Source of the DNA: an uncultured Actinomycetota bacterium
GTDB lineage: Bacteria; Actinomycetota; Actinomycetes; Mycobacteriales; Cryptosporangiaceae
Direction: 5' to 3'
NCBI GenBank assembly: GCA_963742725.1
Contig: CAVUMX010000003.1
Span: 225,087 to 257,086, forward strand
DNA length: 32,000 bases
How positions within the stretch are numbered: the stretch's first letter is position 1; every line of letters begins with the position of its first letter. The notes beneath the pieces are model-generated. The model saw nothing but the letters and a program-made list of their open reading frames with translations, did not search any database and was not told where the DNA came from. Of the stretch, positions 25,727 to 32,000 are shown one piece after another. The position numbers and the translations under genes are program-made.

Positions 25727-28329
25727 CGGGCGGTCCTCCGTAGTCCGGGCGCGCCGGCGGTGGCTTCGACTGCTTCGACGGCGGCGAGCAGCGCGGCGGG
25801 ATCCACCGACCGGCCCCGCTCGCCCTCGTCCTTGACGTGCCGCAGCAGCGCGCCGACGACCTGCTCGGTGGCCGTGACGCCGTGCTGTTCGAGCACGGCC
25901 TCCACACAGCTGCGGCCGGAGTGCTTGCCCAGCACGATCTGCCGGGTGGCGCCGATCCGCTCGGGCGGGTACGGCTCGTAGGTGCTCGGGTCGCGGAGCA
26001 GGCCGTCGACGTGCAGGCCGCTCTCGTGCGTGAACGCGTGGCGGCCGAGCACCGGCTTGTTCACCGGGATCGGCACGCCGGTGGCCGCCGAGACCGCGTT
26101 CGCGAGGGGTACGAACGCGGTCAGGTCCAGGCCGGTGTCGATGCCGTGCGCGACCTCCAGCGCGAGCGCCAACTCCTCCAGCGCCGCGTTGCCGGCGCGT
26201 TCGCCGACGCCGAGCACCGAGCCCTGCGCGCCGGACGCGCCGGCGCCGAGCCCGGCGAGGGAGTTGGCGGTGGCCAGCCCGAGGTCGTCGTGGCAGTGCA
26301 CGCCGACCGGGACGCTCACCGCGTCCGCCACGGTCCGCACCAGGTGGGCGAAGCCGGCCGGGTGGGCAACGCCGGCGGTGTCCGCGACGCCGACCGCGTC
26401 CGCGCCGGCGCCGATCGCGACGCCGTACATCTCCAGCAGGAAGTCCAGGTCGGTCCGGACCGCGTCCTCGGCGGCGAACACCACTGCGACGCCGGCCGAC
26501 TTGGCGTGCGCCACGGCGGTGGCCACCCGCTCCAGCAGGGCCGGCCTGGTGGTGCGGAGCTTGCGCAGGACGTGCGCGTCGGAGGTACCGACGAAGATCG
26601 CGACGCTGTCCACGCCCGCGCGCACAGCTGCGTCCACATCGGACTCCAGCGGCCTGGCGATGGCCTGGGTGACCGCGCTGAGCCCGAGGGCCGCCACCTC
26701 CCGCACCGCCGCCGCCTCCGCCGCGCTCACCGCCGGGAACCCGGCCTCGACCAGCCCGACGCCGAGCCGGTCGAGCAGGAGCGCGATCTCGACCTTCTGC
26801 GCCACGCTGAACGCCACGCCGGGCATCTGCTCGCCGTCGCGCAACGTGGTGTCCCCGAGCACCACCCGTGCGGGCAGAAGGGTGGCGGCGGGCGCCGGCT
26901 CCGGGGCGCGAAGCGAGGTGACGACCGGCGCCGGCGTGCTGCGCGACGCGGTGGTGGGCGCCGGTTCGGGGACGCTGCGCAGGAACTCGGCGAAGATCGC
27001 GTTGGCGTGCACCATGTCGGCGGCGCTGCCGTCGAACCGCAGGCGGCGGGCGAGGAACGCGCGGCGCGGGTTGGAGCGCCGGGTGAGGAAGACGTCGGCG
27101 AACACCGTGCCGGTCGTGGTGACCACCACCTCCGGCCGGTCGTCGGGTTCGTCCGCGCGGCGCAGCGTGCCGTCGCCGGAGATCAGCCGGACTTCGTGGT
27201 CGAGATCGGTGAGCACCACCCGGATCAGTCGGCGCCACGAGACCAGTCCCCGGAGTGGACGCTCCAGCGCGGACAGCCGGGCGAGCTGCGTGTCCACGTA
27301 CCGGTCGACGTCGTCGGCGGTGACCTGCTCGGGCGCGCCGTCGCGCTCGTGCCGCTGCCGCAACGCCCGCTCGGCGACGACGGTGGCCAGCGCGGCGGCG
27401 GCCGTGGCGGCCAGGCCGACGACCGCGCCCAGGCCGAGCGTGACGAACGCTCCGGCCAGCACCACACGCTCCACCAGCAGGATGCTGTGCGCCCGCAGCG
27501 CCACCACCCGCAGCGTGCCGCGCTCTGCGGCGGGCTCGGCGCCGGGCGGCTCGGCGGCGAGTGCCGCGATCAGTCCGAACGCGCGGCCGCCGGCCAGCAG
27601 TGCGATCCCGGCCAGCGCCGCCGCCGCCACCCGCGCGCCCTCGGCCGTGAGCACCGTGGCGACCGCGAGCGTGGCGGCGAGCAGGTAGCAGCCGAACGCC
27701 AGCCGCCGGGCCGCCGCGATCCCGTGCTGGACGGGCACCGTCCGGTACCCGCCGGCGCGGTCCCCGTCGACGTCGCGGATCGTGCCGACCAGATTGCTCG
27801 CGGCGTCGTGTGCCCACACCGCGGCGGCCGGCAGCAGCAGTGCCGCCGTCGGCCAGGTGGTCACCACCATCCCGCCGAACACCACGACCGCCGCGGTCAT
27901 CCCGCCGCGGACCAGGTTGCCCAGCACGCCGTGCGCCTTGAGCAGCCGGCTGTACCCGATCCCGGCCGCGAGGGCGGCGACCGCCACCAGCACCGTGCGC
28001 GGGTTGGCGACGGCGGCGAGCGCGGCGCCGCCGGCCACGCAGATCCACATCGCCGCCCAGGCCGTGCCGGCGGCCATCCGCCCGGACGGGATCGGGCGCG
28101 CGGGTTTGGCGATCCGGTCCAGCTCGCGGTCGAAGTAGTCGCCGCCGTACAGGCCGCCGATCCAGGCCAGGGTCGGCACCGCCCAGGCGACGGCGTACCG
28201 CCACGGCGCGGCCGACGCGTCAGCGAGCGCGGCCCCGGCCAGGCCGACCAGGCCGATGTAGAACACCGTGTAGGGGCGCCAGGTCTCGAGGTGGGCGAAC
28301 AGTCGGGTGGCGAGGCGTACGCGGGACAC
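25723..28329 (-). CDS. tri-domain fusion: UbiA-superfamily prenyltransferase (membrane) + SCP2-like domain + homocitrate/2-isopropylmalate/citramalate-synthase-like (DRE-TIM, HMGL-like) domain
   Basis: The GTG at 28329 lies 10 nt after the upstream TAG and follows GGGGG. aa 1-320 are hydrophobic and carry YGGDYFDRELDRIAKPARPIPSG and IRDVDGDRAGGYRTVPV. aa 335-452 read VVLTDLDHEVRLISGDG...VVVTTTGTVFADVFLTRRSNPRRAFLARRLRFDGSAADM. A Pro/Ala linker follows. aa 487-868 carry DTTLRDGEQ, HCHDDLGLATANS, GERAGNAALEE and THESGLHVDG. One uninterrupted 868-codon frame. Confidence 0.85.
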   Translation of the reverse strand: MSRVRLATRLFAHLETWRPYTVFYIGLVGLAGAALADASAAPWRYAVAWAVPTLAWIGGLYGGDYFDRELDRIAKPARPIPSGRMAAGTAWAAMWICVAGGAALAAVANPRTVLVAVAALAAGIGYSRLLKAHGVLGNLVRGGMTAAVVVFGGMVVTTWPTAALLLPAAAVWAHDAASNLVGTIRDVDGDRAGGYRTVPVQHGIAAARRLAFGCYLLAATLAVATVLTAEGARVAAAALAGIALLAGGRAFGLIAALAAEPPGAEPAAERGTLRVVALRAHSILLVERVVLAGAFVTLGLGAVVGLAATAAAALATVVAERALRQRHERDGAPEQVTADDVDRYVDTQLARLSALERPLRGLVSWRRLIRVVLTDLDHEVRLISGDGTLRRADEPDDRPEVVVTTTGTVFADVFLTRRSNPRRAFLARRLRFDGSAADMVHANAIFAEFLRSVPEPAPTTASRSTPAPVVTSLRAPEPAPAATLLPARVVLGDTTLRDGEQMPGVAFSVAQKVEIALLLDRLGVGLVEAGFPAVSAAEAAAVREVAALGLSAVTQAIARPLESDVDAAVRAGVDSVAIFVGTSDAHVLRKLRTTRPALLERVATAVAHAKSAGVAVVFAAEDAVRTDLDFLLEMYGVAIGAGADAVGVADTAGVAHPAGFAHLVRTVADAVSVPVGVHCHDDLGLATANSLAGLGAGASGAQGSVLGVGERAGNAALEELALALEVAHGIDTGLDLTAFVPLANAVSAATGVPIPVNKPVLGRHAFTHESGLHVDGLLRDPSTYEPYPPERIGATRQIVLGKHSGRSCVEAVLEQHGVTATEQVVGALLRHVKDEGERGRSVDPAALLAAVEAVEATAGAPGLRRTAR

Positions 28330-28339
28330 CGGCAGCCCC

Positions 28340-29473
28340 CTACTCGACGCGTTCGACCGCGGCGGTGACCATCGCGGCGAGCCGGTCCCGCGACGGCGAC
28401 GGCGCGAGCACCCCCAGCGCGTCCAGCGCGGTCCCGGCGTGCTGCGCCACGATCCTGCCGGCCTCCGCGAGCGCGTCGGTCTCCGCGAGCAGCCGCTGGA
28501 CCAGCTCGAACGTGCGCACCTCGGCGGCCTCGGAGCCGAAGCCGGCGGCCGCGTCGTCGAACGCCCGCTGCAACGACTGCCCGACCTCGGGCGGACCGAG
28601 CCGGCAGGCCACGATCAGCGGGAACGTCATGCGGCGGTTGCGGATGTCGCTGAGGAGATCCTTGCCGGCCACGCCGCTGCTGCTGCGGTACGCGAGCAGG
28701 TCATCGACCATCTGGAACGCGATCCCGAGCTGGTCGCCGTAGCTGGCCAGGGCGGCGACCTGGCGTTCGGTGCCGCCGCCGAGCAGGGCGCCCACCTCGC
28801 AGGCGCCACGGAACAGGGCGGCGGTCTTGCCACGCACCGTGTCGAAGTAGGCGTCCAGCCCGGCGCCGGCGTCGCCGCAGAGCTTCGCCTCCGAGGTCTG
28901 GCCGCGGCACAGGTCGACGCCTGCACTGGCCACGGCCCGAAGCGACGCGACGATGCGGTCGGCCGGGACACCCCGGTCGGCACACTCCGAGAGCGCCAGG
29001 AACAGCCGGAACAGCAGCGTGTCGCCGACCACGATGGCATGGTCGCGGCCGTACGCGGCGGGCACCGAGGGCCGGCCGCGGCGCATCGCGTCACCGTCGA
29101 TGATGTCGTCGTGGATCAGGCTGGCGACGTGGCCGTACTCGGCGCCCAGCGCGGCCGGCACGGCGTGCTCGACCTCGCCGCCGACCGCGGCGCACGACTC
29201 GAGCAGCAGGTACGGGCGGAACAGCTTGCCGGGCGGCCGCACCGCGTACCGGCACATCGCGTCCAACTCGTCGTCCGGGTCCCAGCCGCCGGCGATCTCT
29301 GCCTGCAGCACGCCGGGTTCGAGCGCACTCACCGTGTCGGTCAGCGCGGCGGCGTGCAGCCTGACACCGTTCAACCCGACGCCGTTCGGACCGGTGCCGT
29401 GAGTGGCTGTCTCACCTGAGCCCGTGTTGGTTAACGCGGAAATGTCCGCCGTCGCCGCAGCCGTCGAATCCAT
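28340..29473 (-). CDS. polyprenyl diphosphate synthase (third paralogue; DDxxD-type first motif)
   Basis: The ATG at 29473 is preceded by GGGGGG. Motifs SLIHDDIIDGDAMRRGRP and FQMVDDLLA. Small residues (A, S) sit at -5/-4 of the first motif. The ORF-track start at 29527 is a TTG with no ribosome-binding site. Confidence 0.88.
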   Translation of the reverse strand: MDSTAAATADISALTNTGSGETATHGTGPNGVGLNGVRLHAAALTDTVSALEPGVLQAEIAGGWDPDDELDAMCRYAVRPPGKLFRPYLLLESCAAVGGEVEHAVPAALGAEYGHVASLIHDDIIDGDAMRRGRPSVPAAYGRDHAIVVGDTLLFRLFLALSECADRGVPADRIVASLRAVASAGVDLCRGQTSEAKLCGDAGAGLDAYFDTVRGKTAALFRGACEVGALLGGGTERQVAALASYGDQLGIAFQMVDDLLAYRSSSGVAGKDLLSDIRNRRMTFPLIVACRLGPPEVGQSLQRAFDDAAAGFGSEAAEVRTFELVQRLLAETDALAEAGRIVAQHAGTALDALGVLAPSPSRDRLAAMVTAAVERVE

Positions 29474-30257
29474 CTCGACCCCCCGTAGGCCAATGAGTGT
29501 CAGAAGACTTGCCGCACAAGCCGGCAAGGGTCAAGCGACTGACAAAATATCGACAACGCCCATTGTTCATCACAGCAATGTAACTCGGATTGCGAATTCC
29601 ATTCATATTTTGCGCGACGGTATCCGTGGCCGGTTTTGGCATGATTGGCGTCACACCATGGCAGACCCTGGGTAGTCGTACGACTACCTAATGTAGCTAG
29701 AAAGGGTTCCCTGGTGGGCGGGCCCGTGCACCATGAAGATCCCATATGGCGAGACAGAAATCCCGCTCAACGGACTGTGAATAGCGTTCGTGTAGTTTGG
29801 TGATGATACGCCGGAAGTGGATACGCCCGGAATTGGCATTGATCGCGCGGTTCGCTCCGCGCGGCAGGAACGCCGCCACACTGGGTGCCGGATTCCGCCG
29901 ATATGTCGCCTAAAGCACTGCTCGGCCACTTATCGAACCGCCATCCCGGAGTGCCAGAGTAATTCGGGCAACGAATTGATCCGACCTACGGAAAACGCGC
30001 GCCCCGTTAGGCGACTCGAAACCCACTATTACCCGGAAATTCAAGCCGCCGGACGCCCGTTTGTACGGAGCATGAGTTCGGACGGTCGGCACCCGGGCCC
30101 GCTCGTCAGTTGCCCGTCGCCCCGCCGGCCACGCGTCCGAAGGGAACGGGGAACGCCGTTCCATTGCGTTGCAGGGTGTGGTCCAGTATCAACCAGTTGG
30201 TGACATTGGATGCGTGATGGGCGGGCTTGCTGGCGCGCTCGATGACGGAGGTGCGCC
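29474..30257. promoter_or_regulatory. divergent promoter/leader region between the long minus-strand operon and the carboxypeptidase gene
   Basis: About 0.78 kb with no convincing ORF and much lower G+C (hand count 30/60 for 29581-29640). It contains TTGACC and TTGTCA hexamers on the minus strand near 29528-29545, an 18-bp palindrome and a GC hairpin. I could not place the exact promoters. Confidence 0.4.
29671..29688. promoter_or_regulatory. perfect 18-bp palindrome GGTAGTCGTACGACTACC (candidate dimeric-regulator operator)
   Basis: The sequence is exactly self-complementary. It lies about 200 nt upstream of the first gene of the long operon, in the AT-rich leader. Confidence 0.35.
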
Positions 30258-32000
30258 TTGTCCCGGATCCGAACCGCATCGCACGCGCTGACCGCGTTAC
30301 TGGTCGCGATGACCACCGTCGCCGTCGGCCCGCCGCCCGCGCAGGCCGAGCCGCGGCCCCGACCCGTCTCGGACCGCGAGTTCGGTAACGGTCCGGAGCG
30401 CAACGAGGTCGCCGCGATGGTCCCGGCGCCGGTGCTCGAACTGGAGGCCACCGGCGAGAGCCGGGAGACCTCGCCGCTGCTCCGTGACTCGTGGCAGCGG
30501 GGCTACCCCCGTCAGAACCGGCTGCGGGTCTACCCGGAGAACCCCGCCGACAAGTCGATCAAGCTGGGCCTCACCCCGTACCACGGCATCGCGCCGAAGC
30601 TCAACGCGCTGCAGGCCCGCAGCGACCGGGTGTCCGCCGAGGTCATCGGCCGGTCAGCGCTCGGTCGCGAGCTGTACCTCGTCACCGTGACCGCGCCGGA
30701 ACGCCCCGCCGAGACGCGGCAGCAGCACGCCTGGCGCGCGCTCATCGAGGACGCGCCCAGCAGGGCGGCGCGGGATCGGAGGCTGCAGGCCGGGTACAAG
30801 GCGCCCGTCTGGATCAACGGGAACATCCACGGCAACGAGTGGGAGGGCACCGACGGTTCGCTGCGCCTGATCGAGGAGCTGGCCAGCGCCACCGACCCGG
30901 CGACCGAGCGGCTGCTGCGGCGCACCCGGATGTACTTCACCGTCACCAACAACCCGGACGGCCGGATCGTCGGCGCCCGCGTCAACGGCAACGGCTTCGA
31001 CCTGAACCGCGACCTCGCCACCTCGTCCCAGCCCGAGGCCCGGGCGATGCGCGACGTGGCGATCGGCACCCAGCCGCTGGTCATGCTCGACGAGCACGGC
31101 TACACCGACACCACCTTGATCGAGCCGGCCACCGCGCCGCACGGGCAGAACTACGACTACGACCTGTACATCAAGCACGCATATCCGAACGCGATCGGGA
31201 TGGAGAAGTCCATCGGCGTGCTCGGTCACCCCGAGACCACGCGGGCCGACATCCCGTTCCGCGACTTCGCGCCGGGCGACTGGGACGACTGGCCGCCGAT
31301 CTTCACGCCGATGTACGCGATGTACCACGGTGCAGTCGGGCACACCGTCGAGGTTCCGCTGCGCGTCAACGGCTCGGTCTACGACACGCTCCCGGTCGAG
31401 GAACTGCGCCGCCGGTCGGCGATCAACGTCGATGTGGTGGAGGCGACGATCCGCGGCGCCATCGGCTACACCGACGCGCACCGGACCGGCCTGATCGCCG
31501 ACCAGATCGAGCTGTTCCGTCGCGGCTGGGCCGGCGAGCCGCAGCGCGTGATCCCCGACGGTTTCGTGCCCGGGTTCGGCCCCGAGGACCGGTACGGCAC
31601 GGTCTTCCCTCGCGCGTACGTGATACCCGCCGGCGCGGGGCAGCGGTCGGCGGTCGCGGCGGCGCGGCTGGTCGACCACCTGGTGGCCAACGATGTGCGG
31701 GTGCGTCGCGCCGTCGCCCCGTTCACACTGGCCGGCCGGCGGTATGCCGCCGGTTCGTACCTGGTCGACCTGCACCAGCCGAAGCGCGGGTTGGCCAACG
31801 CCATCCTCGAGGCGGGCCGGGACATCTCGGCCAAGGTGCCGCAGATGTACGACATCTCGGGCTGGAGCCACCGGCTTCTGTGGGGCTCCTCCGTCGACGT
31901 GGTGCGCGCCGGCTCGCTGCCGAGGTCCACCGTCCGGGTCTCCGGCGCGGCGCGCACCGGCGAGGTGTCGGCGCGGCCCGGCACGGATCTTCTGCTCACA
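30258..32000 (+). CDS. secreted M14-family zinc carboxypeptidase (3' end beyond the window)
   Basis: Not in the ORF track because it has no stop within the window. The TTG at 30258 follows GGAGG (30247-30251) and an in-frame TGA at 30243. Signal peptide SRIRTASHALTALLVAMTTVAVGPPPAQA. Zinc motif WINGNIHGNEWEG (HxxE), then TVTNNPDGR and NGNGFDLNRD. The open frame runs 581 codons to position 32000. Confidence 0.9.
   Translation, partial: MSRIRTASHALTALLVAMTTVAVGPPPAQAEPRPRPVSDREFGNGPERNEVAAMVPAPVLELEATGESRETSPLLRDSWQRGYPRQNRLRVYPENPADKSIKLGLTPYHGIAPKLNALQARSDRVSAEVIGRSALGRELYLVTVTAPERPAETRQQHAWRALIEDAPSRAARDRRLQAGYKAPVWINGNIHGNEWEGTDGSLRLIEELASATDPATERLLRRTRMYFTVTNNPDGRIVGARVNGNGFDLNRDLATSSQPEARAMRDVAIGTQPLVMLDEHGYTDTTLIEPATAPHGQNYDYDLYIKHAYPNAIGMEKSIGVLGHPETTRADIPFRDFAPGDWDDWPPIFTPMYAMYHGAVGHTVEVPLRVNGSVYDTLPVEELRRRSAINVDVVEATIRGAIGYTDAHRTGLIADQIELFRRGWAGEPQRVIPDGFVPGFGPEDRYGTVFPRAYVIPAGAGQRSAVAAARLVDHLVANDVRVRRAVAPFTLAGRRYAAGSYLVDLHQPKRGLANAILEAGRDISAKVPQMYDISGWSHRLLWGSSVDVVRAGSLPRSTVRVSGAARTGEVSARPGTDLLLT

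Noticed and set aside
24452-28204. A 1250-aa minus-strand ORF that could be mistaken for a giant multidomain protein.
   Set aside because: Only the last 424 codons are P450. The upstream part is an out-of-frame read through the UbiA-SCP2-synthase gene and is Arg/Gly-rich nonsense. The same applies to the N-terminal extensions of the track ORFs 15964-18048, 13567-15702, 19548-21740, 18244-20418 and 21215-22795.
25837-28368. An 843-aa plus-strand ORF, with similar long plus-strand ORFs at 24284-25981, 28307-29419, 18178-19608, 19577-20701, 16980-18119 and 14613-15770.
   Set aside because: They lie antisense to genes with clear family motifs. Their translations are Arg/Gly/Pro/Asp-rich low-complexity strings with no recognisable motifs. 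These are classic shadow ORFs of high-G+C DNA.
29844-29863. A tRNA T-arm-like hairpin, CGCGCGG-TTCGCT-CCGCGCG, in the AT-rich leader.
   Set aside because: The loop is 6 nt rather than 7. I could find no matching acceptor stem, D-arm or anticodon arm in the flanks. It is probably a stable hairpin or a chance GC palindrome, not a tRNA.
30142-30162. A tandem GGGAACG GGGAACG plus a GGAACG-C-CGTTCC mini-palindrome upstream of the carboxypeptidase gene.
   Set aside because: It is very short and plausible by chance in this composition. I have no supporting context.
1-32000. CRISPR arrays, rRNA or tRNA genes, and intact mobile elements or integrases.
   Set aside because: No regularly spaced direct repeats, no rRNA- or tRNA-like conserved blocks, and no intact transposase or integrase ORF were seen on either strand. 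Only the IS6 fragment is present.

Overview
High-G+C, actinobacterial-type DNA dominated by isoprenoid metabolism, with almost all genes on the minus strand.

- **18-1948:** ispH and a polyprenyl synthase, coupled by an ATGA start/stop overlap.
- **2283-2870:** a decayed cytochrome P450 relic.
- **3225-10307:** a six-gene operon with visibly lower G+C. Gene order is polyprenyl synthase, P450, class II diterpene cyclase (DSDD), HAD phosphatase, aldehyde dehydrogenase, SDR. It has no class I terpene synthase. An IS6-family transposase remnant (about 10311-10700) abuts its right edge.
- **10782-13286 (+):** a soluble sensor histidine kinase with a LacI-type ligand-binding domain and no adjacent response regulator.
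- **13567-29473:** about 15.9 kb of tightly coupled minus-strand genes. In order: polyprenyl synthase; an 868-aa fusion of UbiA prenyltransferase, SCP2 and a homocitrate/isopropylmalate-synthase-like domain; P450; ABC ATPase and ABC-2 permease; radical SAM (Twitch/SPASM-like); SCP2 protein; a short squalene-hopene-cyclase-family class II cyclase (DTDD); FAD monooxygenase; MFS exporter; ispG carrying two 1-nt frameshifts; dxs; a small secreted protein.
- **29474-30257:** a comparatively AT-rich leader of about 0.78 kb with a perfect 18-bp palindrome.
- **30258-32000 (+):** a secreted M14 carboxypeptidase, 3'-partial and absent from the ORF track.

I saw no rRNA, tRNA or CRISPR array. The best candidate for an undescribed system is the long operon built around the tri-domain fusion and the radical SAM-SCP2-cyclase core. 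The class II-only diterpenoid island is a second candidate. All product calls come from reading motifs by eye; no database search was run.
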